A DNA stretch of 64,000 nt from Azolla caroliniana. Taxonomy: Eukaryota; Plantae; Polypodiophyta. The translations under genes and the position numbers were made by a program. The number at the start of each line of letters is the position of its first letter. Within the stretch, counting starts at the first letter, position 1. The DNA lies in contig JBHGNT010000020.1 of the NCBI GenBank assembly GCA_043228905.1, positions 13,764,001 to 13,828,000 on the forward strand, in the 5' to 3' direction. The notes beneath the pieces are model-generated. The model was not told where the DNA came from and ran no database searches. It saw only the letters and a program-made list of their open reading frames with translations. Shown here piece after piece: positions 29,313 to 42,529 of this stretch.

Positions 29313-32300
29313 TCACGACACCCACCCCCTCTGAACTTGCACATTGGTTGTGCAGAGTTCATCCAACACTTCTCCCGATTCTTTTAGTTCTTCTACTTCT
29401 TCATAAAATTCAGGCTCTAATGACTCCCTCCTTTTAAATATTTTAATCCTTCTTCCTGCAATTGGGATACGAATTTCTGTCCCATCTAATTCATTGAGGA
29501 AATATGTGGCTTTATCTGTTATTTTCCTAACTTCATAAGGTCCAAACCATCTTTTTGCAAACTTCCGAATAGTACTGTATTGATTATCTAGGCTATTATC
29601 ATATACTAATACCCAATCTCCCTCTTGCACCTTTCTTGGTCGTATTCTTTTCATCTTGTCAAATCTGTCCTTATTCTTGATTCTTGCCTCTTTCAATCTA
29701 GTAGCTGCTTTTTCTATGTCTTCTATCCTTGATTGAAGTTGTCGTATTCGAACCGCAAGTAAATCTTCCCTACTCATTTCCGATTCCCAAGGCAACACAA
29801 CCCATGTAGTTATCTTTTCTTCAATTGGCATTATTTGCTTCTGTCCTGTGATTAATTCTGCAGGCATATATCCAGTAACAGTGTTGTGAGTTGTCCTATC
29901 AGCCCATAGTGCATAGGGTAAGGTTTTTGGCCAATCACTAACCCGTCCTCTACATGCCTTTGCCAAAGCTTTGACTATTGGCCCATGTCCCCTTTCTACC
30001 TTTCCATTAGCTTTTGGATTGTACACCGTTGTCAAAGAAAGCCGAATTCCTATTTTGTCGAAAAAATCTTGAGCTTCCGCAGAATTGAGTTCTCCCCTAT
30101 CTGCCACTATCTTCCCGATACATCCATATCTACAAACAATGTCCTCCAAGATGAATTGACATACTCCTAATGTCCCTTTTGTTCTCAATGAACGACCTTC
30201 CACTTGATTTGTTAGATCTTCTCTAGCAAGAACCAAGTATCTCTTTTGTCCTACTCCAAGTGGCATTGTTACCAAATCTATCATCCACTTGTAATGCACC
30301 CCTGGTGAGTATGTTGGGTGTAATTCATCACAAAATTTTACATTTGAATAATATTGACAAGTGGGACAAGTTTCCACATACTTTTTTATTTGCTCATAGT
30401 ATCGAGGCCACCAAAATCGTTCTTTAATCTTACTGAAAGTGGCCCACTCTCCTCGATGACCAACCCATTCTTTGTCATGCAGCTCTCTGATTATCTCCTT
30501 TCTTTGCCCTTTAGAACCTATTACTCTTTGTGGATTTCCAGTCTTGGTTTTCGGATGTCGCCATAGATATCCTTCATGCAGGAAGAACTTATGGGCTTTC
30601 TTGCGAAACTGTGCGAACTCTTTTCCAGATCGACCTTTGTACTTGTCAGGGGTTTGTAGGTATTTCCCTATTTCCTTGAATTCTTCTTCATACTCTTCTT
30701 CTAGAAACTGCATTCCTCCTTCCCAAGTAATGCTTGTGGTAAGGACTGTTTGTTCTTTGTCCTCATTGTCCGAGTCTGGAATCTCCTCTTCCTCATACCT
30801 TGCTCTTGATAACATATCTGCTACTGCATTTCTATTCCCAGAGATATGTCGAACTTCAGGGTTGATTGATCTAATATAGATACACCATCTTAACATGGCT
30901 TGATCTGGAATATCACAATTAGCTATGATACCCAGAATAGGCAAACAATCAGTTTCTATTATTACTTCAGCACCAATTAAGTAATCTCTGTCTGTCTTTA
31001 CAGCTGTTACTATCCCCCATAGCTCTCTTTTCACCTGTGCATATTTTCTTTGTCGACCACTAAGAACCTTTGCCCCGAATCAGACTGGATACCTTTCTTC
31101 CCTATCTTGTTGGCTTATCACCCATCCAATTCCAATGGGACTAGAGTCTACTGTGAGATATATGGGCCGGGTGTAGTCTGGTTGCTTTAATGGTGGAGCT
31201 TGTGCCAAGTAGTACTTCAATTTCTTCATTGCCTCTGAATGCTCTTCACTCCATTCAAATGTCTCTCCTTTTCTTAGGAGTCTATATAAAGGTTCAGATA
31301 AATGGGCATAATGCGGAATCCATTTACAGTAAAAAACACATACCCCCAGAAACCTTCGTACTTCTGAGATGGATGTACATTCCTCTTGCATATTTTGAAT
31401 TGCATTGACCTTGGTTGGGGATGGCTTTCTCCCATACGGGCCACACATATGACCAACTATTAATATCTCTTTTGCCCCAAATATTGACTTCGCCCATGAT
31501 AAGGTCAAATGCACTTCTTCCATCCTTGATAGCACCTTCTCACAATCCTTGATATGATCAGCAACGAATTGACGGCAACCACTTTCGTCCAATTCCTCGT
31601 TCTTCTCTTCCTCCTTGCATCCCTTAATTGGAACATCATCTAGAAAAGGCATTGTAATATGAGGAATAAAATCACGAAGTACCTTGTTCATTCCATTCAT
31701 CATATGCGCCACTGAGTTGGTCGCTCCTTGCGGCAAGGTGCACATCCGTACTAACCCTATAGGTGTCTTGATTGAAGTTATATCTCGACTTTTGATAGCA
31801 AGTTGAAATTGATCATACCCGGAATAAAGGTCTCCCATTGAATATATAGGTCTTCCTGCAAACATCTCAGCAAACTCATCCACAATTGGCCCTACTCCCG
31901 AGTTTCGGATTGTTACCTTATTCACGGGTTGCATATCTTGGATAAATCGGAGTCGCCCATCTTTCTTTAACACAGTGAACCATCGACTCGAGTAAGGAGC
32001 GTTCGATGGTTCCAAGATACCCATCCTTATCTTTTCTTTCAAAAGTTCTAATAGTTGAGGGATTCTAGCCCTAGGCATGGGTATTGGCTTAAAGTTCCAT
32101 GGAATATGAGGGATAGTGAATATAACCATGGGCTCCACAATTTCTGGATCCACACACCCTATTTCCTCCGGTTGGAATGCGAACGCCTTTCCATGCCTTT
32201 TTAACATCTCCCTGAACTGCTTTTCTTCAGCAGGTAATAGGAAGTCACCCCCTCCTATTTTCATCCCTTGTATTGTTTCCGGAGTAAACACATGTCCTAC

Positions 32301-32771
32301 CTTTCGTGGGTCTCTGATCATTGGCTCTGTGGCTGCTTCTTTGATTGCCTTTTCACTATCCCCTGGAAGTGGAGCAGCAATAGGACGAACCTTCTTCTCC
32401 ACTGTCTTGTACTTTGTTAGTACATGTGCTTCATGATCCTTTCGAGCAACTTCTTCAATGACCTCATACATCTTGATTGAATGGACAGGAACTTGGATTT
32501 CGTTGTCCTCTTCCATTGCTTCCAAATGAGTTATTGTATCTTCAAAACTTAATTCTTCAAACATATCCTGAATTTCTTCATCATCATCTATTAATCCAGA
32601 ACACTTAAAGTACTCAAAAGCATTTTGTATTTTATTATTATTTACTTTTAGTATAAAAGTAGCACCATTAGATGAGATTGTACAAGGAATATCTTTATTT
32701 ACATTATTATTTATGGGGTTTTCTTTTATGCTCGGGCTATCACAGCCCCTACCTGTAAAAGCCCTATCTAA
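29313..32771 (-). pseudogene. Gypsy A pol (RT, RNase H, integrase), one in-frame TGA at 31080-31082
   Basis: ORFs 31080-32564 and 29313-31034 are in the same frame. Motifs: LPQGATNS, FLDD, DSS, ETDC, H-H-C-C zinc finger, D-D-E. The frame is open back to the gag stop. Confidence 0.9.
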
Positions 32772-34882
32772 AAATCCTGGGAAAACTCTTCATCCATCTC
32801 TTGAATTGGATGTTCCCTCAAGCATTCTTTGTTTCTTTCATGGTTGGGCCTCACGGTTAAGAATTGGACAGTCTTTCTTCCATCTTGACTCTTGATTCTC
32901 GCGAAAGCCGAACCATCATCAATAACCTTTGTTTCCATCCTCACTGCGGTGATGTAGGGCTGGCCAAGGATGACGGGGTAGGTTGATCGATCCTGCACAA
33001 AGAAATTTTGATTCACCGAGACATCACCAATTGTTACCTTCACACTAGGACATGCTCCGAATAGATCCTCCGTAGTTTCTGTGGCAGCTCTTATTTTCCA
33101 CCCATGATTCTTGTCGATCGGCCATCGTTCTCGAGCGTAAAATTCCGAGGACATCATGTTAATCTCTGATCCATGATCGATCAAAGCAATACATGGAATT
33201 TGCTGCTCCCCAATTTTTGCAGGTGCCTCCGTTGTTGCTCGAGCCCAATGGTCCCTTGTATAGTGACTCCTATCCCCTTCATGGACGCCAACATCATTCT
33301 GGTTTTTTACACTTGCAGCATTGATGGTGCCAGCATACAAATCTTGGAGTGTTGTTGCACACCCTCCCGTAATTTCCTCCGTCACCTGTCTCTTCCTTCT
33401 AATAATATCTATGATAACTTCATGAAATTCTTTCTTTGCTATACCCAACACTTCTCTTAAAGTAAATTCTACCTTACTATTTAATATTCTTGTTTCTAGT
33501 ACCTTTTTTATATCCGTCATTTTTTCTATGTCTGAGGCAAGCTTGAAAGATGGGCCTATCTTTCCTTTTACTTTATCAGCTTCCTTCGGCTCAGTAGCAC
33601 CCTTTTCCATCTCCCTTCTCTTCTGTTCTCGTGTCTCATGTCTCTTTGTCGGATCAGCTTCCTCAGCTCTCTTCCGCTTCTCTTCCACTAGCACATCTCG
33701 TGCATTCACTTGGGCGAATGCTGATAGCGCGTCTACTGGATCATTCCATCCAGTGAAGTTTCGTATTTCATCGCCCGCTCTTTTTAATTCATCCACTTGA
33801 ACCTTCCCTTTTCTTGCATAATCCATCACATCTTGCCAAAAGCCAGATCCACCATATGAGTCTTCTATGTGCAATCCTAAGGTTGCCACGGATTGTATCG
33901 CTTGAGTCGTTTCTCTCTCAGCATCTTCCATTAGCCTTTTCATTCCTCCTCGCCCGAAGTTGAGTTGAAGTGGTTGTCGAGTCTCAGTTGAGTGAATCTT
34001 GCCATCTTGATAGTAGATTTTATTATGATTAAGAGCATCCCTATGCTCTTAACAATCTTTCTTCTGGTGGTCGATACTATCACACCACATACACCTTCGG
34101 ACCATTCCACCTCCCTGCCTTGATGAAGTCGAGCTTTGTCCCGATTCTAGCTTCGTCACTTTGATCGACAAGTCTTTCATGCCTTTCACTAATTCGTGTA
34201 AGAGTGATTCTTCTACTTTCTTTTCTCCCGACTCGTTCCCCGTTTCTTCATCATTTCTGTCGGGCAACTCCATAAACCATAACTTTCTTTTGCAGAAATG
34301 GGCGCACGCCCTTTTCACCTCCTCCCAATCTTCGGTAAGTCCACTTGGACTATTCTGATCTTCTAAAAGCATTCCCAAGTCCTTCCTGTCTTTAATATTA
34401 GTAGCTTGTAGAAACAATATTACTTTATCTAGCACTATTATATTTCTATCTCTAACATTTAGTTGCTCAAATCTTTCAGAAAACTCTTTTAATACTTCCA
34501 AAACACTTAAATGTTTATTAGACTCTACCCAATCCATGAAAGCTCGCCTTGTCATCCTTGACATATCGTTGAGGTTGTATTCATTGAGTAATGCCCTTTC
34601 GAATTTTGTCCATGTCTGATTCTCCCTTTGGAGCTCTTGGATCCTCTCTTGTAGCCCAATCGCAGCGACTGGACTAAAGCTATTAATTTTTGTAGCTTCG
34701 TCGACACCGCGTTTAAGCATTTCTTCATTATAAATCTTCAGAAACCTTGTTAAATTTATACCTTCGAAGATTCCTACTCGTGCGAGAATATTGTCGACGG
34801 CTTTGTCGATGCTTGCCATCATCCCTTGTTCCCGTATCACTCGTTCCATCATCGTACACATAAGCCTCATTTGCTCCTCCAT
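32768..34882 (-). pseudogene. Gypsy A gag-protease, one in-frame TAA at 34049-34051
   Basis: ORFs 34049-34882 and 32768-33943 are in the same frame. CMWCDSIDHQKKDC knuckle and LIDHGSEIN protease motif. Confidence 0.88.
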
Positions 34883-37778
34883 TTCTCCTTGTCACCGCCT
34901 TCACGTCGGGTTCACCAAATGTGTCGGGGTAGTTGTGGTTTGTGCGGCGAAGTCGCAGGGACTAAGGTTAAGGGGAGTTGAAGGAACTTTTATAAGGCTT
35001 GCGCTCAAATGTTAGGAAGATAAAGGATATGAAGAATAATAGTTTAAAGTAATATGTGTGAGAGAGAGACTAGTATAGATAAAAGATAGAGGCAATGTAT
35101 GATTCAAGACGCAAGATAGAGACAAAGTATGATTTAAGACAAAAAAGTATATGATATGAACAAGATGTGTATTACGAATACAAGATTTTACCAACTTTAC
35201 AATGTTTGGTAGCAAGATGAACCCTTTCTCTACCGACCCTTGATTCGAACTCTTGACTCCAACTTGGAAACACGAGCCTCTTCACCAACAAGCTAACTTG
35301 TTTGTTTTTTTGATTATCTTATTTCTCTAACTTTCTCTTGATTCCCCTCCTTGTTTTCCCTTTCCCCTCTTTATATAAGTGTTGCCATGCATATGGTAAT
35401 GTATGGGAGCATGGCATGCATGCAATGCATGAGTTACATGTAATGCATGATCGCCATTTGGCGCACATGCATTGCATGTGATGAATGATGGCTATGTATG
35501 AAAATAGATATGAGATAATTATAATGATGAAAATGCATTCTAAAATAACTAACCTAGCTTAGTGGTGTATGCTTGGTGTTGGTATACCAGGTTGAGGGTT
35601 CAAGTCCCTCAATTTTACTTAATACAATATATAGCTTCATTCTTATATCATGAAGCACATTTATTACACACTTTTACAAATAAATAGCCTAGCTTAGTGG
35701 TATGTACATTGTACATCGTATTTAAGGATGTGGGTTCAAGTCTCTCAAATATTATTAAATACAAAATTTAAGCTCATTTTTATATCGTGAAGCACATTCT
35801 TCACGACAACACGCGTGCGTGGAGAAAGGCGGGACCACGGGGGTCTTGGACTAGGGAGTGACGGAGCATAGGAAGTCGTGCTTCACCGTTTCCGGGGATC
35901 CCAGAAGAACACCGGAAGCGACCGAAGGGAGAGAGGGAGAGCGAGAGAAGGAGGGAGGGAGCGCGCGCTTAACACCGACTCACGCACACGCACACGCACA
36001 CACATGCCGACCCGACTCACGCCCTCATGTACAGGAAACGCAGGAAAGGGGAAGCATCCGACACCAACAGAGACGCGAATATACACAGACAGACGCTAAT
36101 GTATATATATAAACAGAAGAATACATTCCGGGCTTCGAGCCAGACCGAGGTAGGTTACAGTAGTCGTCAGCTGCCAAGCCGCCGGTCGGGGAGCTCACGG
36201 GCTCGTCGCCCCGAGCGGGGTCTTGCGCAGGAGATGAGCTGAAGCAAACCCTAAGCGAACACGAAGGGGGAGAGGAAGAAGAAGAAACTAACTCTAAACC
36301 TAACGGTATACCCTCTAATGCAAAATGGGCAACCCTTTTCACAAAGGGCGTTCCCTTCCTTTTATAGAACAAGGAGAGGGATGCGTTACAATGTGGGATA
36401 AATCTCGACTTACATGGGATCGTCTGTCCTGACTTGACTACTCTTCGGCGCCATAAAGGCGCCCTCGTTATTCACCCTAAATCTACATGGGTGCGTACAC
36501 ACGCTGCACCCCGCCAATGTAGCCAATGTTTCTCAGTTTCCGTCTCTGGCCGAAATTCTTCACGACATCCGCCCCCACCTAACTGCATGTCCACCGGTAC
36601 GTGCCAAATCTGGTTGAAGGGTGAGAGATTTCGGCCGGCGAGAAACCGGTCTTCCGTGATCCCCATCCCGGCTCGCTGCCGGTTTGATCCGTCGGCTTCG
36701 ATTCTTCCTTCACGCTTACCTCCCCGTAGGTTTGTTCGACCCGTCGATGGGTCCTCTGCCGCGATCTCCGTAGTACGCGTACTTCCGTTGGCCCTTGTTC
36801 GGCCGTATGAACGCCCCGCTTCCCGCCGTATGCCCGATGTCCTCCGCTTGAGGCATGCCCGTAGTGGCCCGCTTGGCCTCCGTTGTCCAATCGTGATGTC
36901 CCGATGGTCGTCCCATGTTGTTTCGCGTTGCCTTCGTCCTTTCGCCGCCACCTTCCTTCTCCCTAGGTCTCACGTTGGCCGAACTGCCGTGCTCTCCGGA
37001 ATAGTGTGGAGGATCCCTTTTCGGCCTTCTCCGCGCTACCTCTGAACCGCGCAACCTATCTCCGCGCTCGCCTTTCCGCTCTGGCACCTCCGTGTGCCAC
37101 ATACCCTCGTCCATTGTTTGGCACTGCCTATGTCGCACTCCGGTTCATTGCACGCCTTGTCGGCCCCCTTTTCGACCAGATCGTGCATCACCGCTCACCC
37201 GCATACCGGTGTCCTTTGCATCCGAGGAGCACCCCGTAGTAGCCCGCTTGGCCCTTCCCGTCTTCGTGCTGCTGCAATAGGTCCTGAGTCTTCCGCTTGT
37301 CGTCGTCCCCTCTCCCCCACCAGCTTGTCACCCCGGGCTTGCCGTGTCAGTCTTCGCTACTTCGACGGAGCTACCGGTATCTACGAAGCGAGTGTGGAGG
37401 ATCCTCCTCCGGCCTCTCTTGCCATCCCTTGACTCCGACCCTGTGCAGTCCACTAGGCACTTGTCACCTCGTTCTCGGCACCTCTCTTGTGCCGTCTTCC
37501 GCTTCCTTTGTTCGGCACCGCTTCGATCATTGTCCCGTAGTCACGCTTCGATCCGGCCCACGATGGCCACTTGCGAGACTCTTGTTCTGTCCAAGGTGTG
37601 CCTTTTCGGCCTGACACACCTCCCCGTGTTTGCCGCTACCGGCTCCTTCGGAAACCTCGTGTCGTCGGGTTCCGTTCCCTGCCGCCACCGTCCTTCTCCC
37701 TAGGTCTCACGTTGCCACGTTGGCCGAACTGCCAGGGTCTCCGGATCGGTGTGAGGGTCCCATAGGACCGGACTCCCT

Positions 37779-38006
37779 TTGCCTTCGTCACCTCGCCGCC
37801 ACCGTCAGTATCTTGGTCTTACGTCGACCGTGTTGCCGACTGCCGAAGTCTCTAGAACCGATGTGAAGGATCCTCCGTAGACCGCCCATCCGTAGCCCTT
37901 GCCTTCGTCACCTCGCCGCCACCGTTAGTATCTTGGTCTTACGTCGACCGCGTTGTTGACTGCCGAAGTCTCTAGAACCGGTGTGAAGGATCCTCCGTAG
38001 ACCGCC
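37779..38006. repeat. 120 bp tandem duplication inside element B
   Basis: ttgccttcgtcacctcgccgccaccgt... occurs at 37779 and 37899. Confidence 0.9.
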
Positions 38007-38406
38007 GATTTGTCTTCCTGACCCTGTCCCGGGTCGTCCTTTTCCGCATGCCGAGAGGGCGGTTTACTCCGCACCCTCTCCCGTGGTACCGACGTACCGT
38101 GTCCTCGGCCTCTTCGTAGGCCTACTCTCTTCCTCCCTCCCGGAATGGTCATCCGGGAGTCCGCTCCGCCCGGTTCTCGCTCGGGTCCGTTTGGCATTCT
38201 CCGGATTGCCGAGTCCCGTTCTCCTGTCGCCACCGATCTCTCTTATAGGACTCACGCCGACACTCGGGTCAGCAGCCAGATCGGTGAAAGGAACTCCATA
38301 GGACCGGTTTTCATTCTCCTTCCAACTCTCGACCTTCGCCCGGTCGGTCTTTCTCCCCATGTAAAAGAGGGCGGCTCGTCCCGCACCCTCTCCCGTATCG
38401 GCACCT

Positions 38407-39822
38407 TCATGCCGAATCCGGCCCCGATCGAACGATCCACGACCGGATTCTGCTCCATACGAATCGGAATGCCGATCTTCTCGTGCCGCTTCTGTCCTCG
38501 GCCTCCTCGCAGGTCGTTTCCCATCCGTCTTCGCTCACATCGTGCCAGGACTCCTCGGTACCGCCATCCATCTCCTCGGTCTTACATGGGCATACGGGCC
38601 CGAATGCCGAGTTCTCCGGAATCGGGTCTGTGGGCTTTCGTCCGCTCCTTCCCCGTATCATCTCGCCGATGATTCTTGGCCTTCCGCCACCTTCCTCCGC
38701 TTGGGACTCACGTGGGCACTCGGGCCCGACCGCCATTGTCTCGGGAGCAAGTGTGGGAAGACACAAAGAATCGCCCGTCCATTTTACGCCCTTGTCTGTA
38801 GCCACCGACTCTTCGTGGTCAGCGGTCGTCTTCTTACCGATCGCGCAAGCCCCGTCTGGGCTTGCTTCCCCAATGACCGGGATCTCGGGCTGACACGCCC
38901 GAAACCGCTGGTCCCAACGTTCCGGTTCCGCAATATGTATCTCGGCCTCGTCCTTGGCCGTTCTATCTCCACAAGTCGAGAGGGCGTTTTGTTCCGCACC
39001 CTCTCCCGTGGTACCGTTGTACCGATCTTCCGTCGTCGCGTGGGGCAAGCCCGTCTCCTTAGTCTCGGCTTGCGGCCTCCGTCTTTCCTCTTCCTCGAGC
39101 ATCGCCTCGAGAGCTGCGTACGCCTCCGCAATCCTGGCCCCAACGCCGACCCTTGCCGACTTTCTTTGCCGTTCGGCCTCTTCCCGTTGTGATGGCATGC
39201 CGTCGCATACCTTCCTCTTAGCCTTCTCGGCTCGCTCGTTGTCTAGCCGTTGGCACACCCTTCCGACCTTCGACCAGTCCTCCGTAAGCCCATTCGTTCC
39301 ATCATCGTCTTCGAGCTCAATCCCGATGGCCTCCCGTTCCGCTCGGTCGATCGACCTGACGAACAATAGGACCTTGTCCGCCCCCACCAAACCTTGTTCT
39401 CGCTCCGGGAGCCGAGCAAGCCACCGCTCGAACTCTCGAAACGTCTTGACCGCGCCCCGGTGGGTCTTTGCCGATGCTACCCACTGGTCGAAGTCGTGTC
39501 GTCCCCGGCTCTTCCGCCGTCCTCCGTATACCTTCAGGAGCGCCTCTTTGAAGGCCTCCCACGAACTATGAGCCTCGCGGAGCTCCTTTATTTTCGCATG
39601 CATCCGGACAGCCACGACCCGACAGAATAACTCCAGCCTCAACACCTCGTCTATGCCACGCTCCTCCATTTCCGCGTTGTAGGCTTCCAAGTAAGATGGG
39701 ACTTTGTCCCCGTTGAAACGGCCGACTCTTTCGACCACTCGCTCAACCGCTTGTTGCGCTGCTTCTCGCCTCATCACCACTTCGGCGACCATCTCCGCAA
39801 GGTCGCCGTCTTCCGACTCCAT
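38407..39822 (-). CDS. Gag-derived protein of element B (471 aa)
   Basis: The first ~195 aa align with A and C gag (VGRFNG, LLFVRSI, GLTEDW). The rest is acidic and low-complexity, with no knuckle or protease. Confidence 0.7.
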   Translation of the reverse strand: MESEDGDLAEMVAEVVMRREAAQQAVERVVERVGRFNGDKVPSYLEAYNAEMEERGIDEVLRLELFCRVVAVRMHAKIKELREAHSSWEAFKEALLKVYGGRRKSRGRHDFDQWVASAKTHRGAVKTFREFERWLARLPEREQGLVGADKVLLFVRSIDRAEREAIGIELEDDDGTNGLTEDWSKVGRVCQRLDNERAEKAKRKVCDGMPSQREEAERQRKSARVGVGARIAEAYAALEAMLEEEERRRPQAETKETGLPHATTEDRYNGTTGEGAEQNALSTCGDRTAKDEAEIHIAEPERWDQRFRACQPEIPVIGEASPDGACAIGKKTTADHEESVATDKGVKWTGDSLCLPTLAPETMAVGPECPRESQAEEGGGRPRIIGEMIRGRSGRKPTDPIPENSAFGPVCPCKTEEMDGGTEESWHDVSEDGWETTCEEAEDRSGTRRSAFRFVWSRIRSWIVRSGPDSA

Positions 39823-40633
39823 CCTCCCTTGCCGCCTTTCACGTCGGGTTCACCAAATATGTTGCGTTATTACGCGCGTGCGTGGAGAAAGGCGGGACCA
39901 CGGGGGTCTTGGACTAGGGAGTGACGGAGCGTAGGAAGTCGTGCTTCACCGTTTCCGGGGATCCTAGAAGAACACCGAAACCGACTAAAGGGAGAGAGGG
40001 AGAGCGAGAGAAGGAGGGAGGAAGCGCGCGCTTAACACCGACTCACGCACACACACACACATGCCGACCCGACTCACGCCCTCATGTACAGGAAACGCAG
40101 GAAAGGGGAAGCATCCGACACCAACAGAGACGCGAATATACACAGACAGACGCTAATGTATATATATAAACAGAAGAATACATTCCCGGCTTCGAGCCGA
40201 ACCGAGGTAGGTTACAGTAGTCGTCAGCTGCCAAGCCTCCGGTCGGGGAGCTCACGGGCTCGTCACGCCGAGCGGGGTCTTGCGTAGGAGATGAGCTGAA
40301 GCAAACCCTAAGCGAACACGAAGGGGGAGAGGAAGAAGAAGAAACTAACTCTAAACCTAACGGTATACCCTCTAATGCAAAATGGGCAACCCTTTTCACA
40401 AAGGGCATTCCCTTCCTTTTATAAAACAAGGAGAGGGATGCGTTACAATGTGGGAAAAATTCCGACTTACATGGGATCGTCTGTCCCGACTTGACTACTC
40501 TTCGGCGCCATAAAGGCGCCCTCGTTATTCACCCTAAATGTACATAGGTGCGTACACACGCTGCACCCCGCCAATGTAGCCAATGTAGCCAATGTTTCCC
40601 AGTTTCCGCCTCTGGCCGAAATTCTTCACGACA

Positions 40634-42529
40634 GCGATCAATTAGATCATCAGCCCGGGGCAATGGGTACGAATTCTTGATCGTCACTTTATTCAAGCGT
40701 CGGTAATTAATACACATACGCCATGTGCCCTCTTTCTTTTTAACCAAGAGAACTGGTGCACCCCATGGAGATTTACTATAACGTATATAACCCATTCGTA
40801 AATAGTCCTTGAGTTGCTTAGATACCTCATCTTCTTCGGATCGACTTAAACGATACGGAGGTATACTTATTGGTGCAACACGAGGTACAATATCTATACG
40901 ATGGTCTATATTACGTTTAGGAGGTAACCCATCAGGTAGTTCACTTGGAAAAACATCATGAAAATCATTTAAGATTTCATCAAGTTGTTGTTGTTCAAAA
41001 TATGTTAATTGAACCGGGACATTATCGATATTGTAAATGTGAATGTCCGGATCAAGTACACAATAAAATAATGTAGAACAAGACAACTCGGATATTGATG
41101 GACACGAGGAAACAATCGAGAGGGATTGTTTTTTTACACATTGAATAAAATGCGTACAATCGTTCAGTACAAAATAAATGGAATGACGAACCCAATCAAT
41201 AAATAAAGAAGAGTTTTTATTATTAAACCAGGGATAACCCAGTATTACATCGGTGGTACAAAGATTCATTACATGGAAGTCTACTTCCTCTATATAAGTA
41301 TCAATAGAAATTCCTAATGAATGAATCGCCCCGTTGATGTATTGTACTCTTCCATCAGCCAAGTGCACCATGTAGGTGTGATCACTTACGGTGGTTTGGA
41401 TTCCCCATATCTGAACCAAATGATCATTCACAAAATTGTGTGAGCTTCCCGAATCAAATAAAAATTGTACGGGAGATCCATTGATATACCCGTTTGCACG
41501 TAGTAAATCATTGGGACCCAATACATAGTGAGGGAAAGAACATTGACAATTACTTAAATGATGTGTATAGACCTGAAGGACATTAGGAATCTGACCTTTA
41601 TGGTCTACAGCTTTAGCTTTGTTGTCGTGCTCTTTCCGTTGGAGCTTTCTACATTGATCTTTTGTATGACCCTTCTTTTTGCAGAATACACAAAAAGGAT
41701 GTTGTTGCTTACAATCGCGATCCAGGAATTCGTTGGGTGTCTTGCGTTTCCCAACAAATTGCGACTGCTTAGTCTCGGGCGCTTCGTTGGGTTTGTTATG
41801 GTCCTTCTTCGAAGTGCGTTGATAGCGAAGAACTATTTCAACAGCCTCTTCGAAGGATTTTGGATCCTTATCGTGCACTATCCAGTGATAGTCCGAATTG
41901 GGGATGTCATTGACAAAACAAGCTATCAACCAATTGTCCCCTTCTAGACCCGATTTTTGGATTTGGGTTCTAGCATGGTGAACATAGTCTTCTAGCGAGG
42001 AAAATTTCCTGCTAGAGAGGTTCATTAAAGCTTGTGCTGCCTCGGTTCGAGAGGGAGGTTGCAGAAATTGGCCCTTAAAAACCGTGACAAAATTTGTCCA
42101 AGTATCGGGCAATTTCCCCATAGTACGGAGCCCACGCCACTAGGCGGCGGCCTTACCCCCGAGTTCTCGGCCGACATATGCAATCTTCGTACTATCTGGC
42201 GTGGGATAGAGCTCAAAATGAGACTCCCATCGTCCCAGCCATGTGCAGATTGCTTCTTCAGTTCTTTCCTTTTTGTCTCCCGTAAATGGCTTAACGACAA
42301 ATGATGGTTCACCTTGTCGCTCATCAGGTCTATTAGTCTCACGTTGTAGACTAATGACACGTGCCTCGAGAGCACTTTGAGACTACCGAAGTTCGGTCAT
42401 CTATTGAGCGGTGAAACTAAGGTATTGGGTTATTTGTGCCAAATACATCTCAGTGGACATTTGTCCAGGAGGATTCCCTTGAGTTCCTTCCGCTTGAGCG
42501 GATGACATCGGGTCGTTAATTTGAGCCAT
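40634..42529 (-). pseudogene. Gypsy D gag-protease-RT N-terminus, disrupted
   Basis: [14 protein letters not shown] knuckle, [10 protein letters not shown] protease, [29 protein letters not shown] start. There are stops in the 5' part and it is truncated by B. Confidence 0.85.

Larger units (their letters stand above)
28395..35808 (-). mobile_element. Gypsy A, non-chromovirus Ty3/gypsy with tRNA-Trp PBS
   Basis: LTRs 28395-29320 and 34922-35808 (tgtcgggg...cacgaca), PPT 29321-29331, PBS 34900-34917, domain order gag-PR / RT-RH-INT. The flanks do not match. Confidence 0.93.
35809..40633 (-). mobile_element. Gypsy B, non-autonomous gag-only LTR element (TR-GAG-like)
   Basis: LTRs 35809-36567 (first ~12 bp missing at the junction with A) and 39860-40633 are highly similar. 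PBS-Trp 39838-39855, PPT 36568-36579. No RT, RH or INT in the ~3.3 kb interior. Confidence 0.88.

Noticed and set aside
35858-39934. Many overlapping 60-216 aa ORFs on both strands
   Set aside because: Expected in GC-rich sequence with few stop codons, and none has recognisable motifs apart from the gag ORF.
40529-42121. 530-aa ORF with a novel WLHWLHW C-terminus
   Set aside because: It is Gypsy D gag-pol reading by chance into the LTR of inserted element B at 40633.
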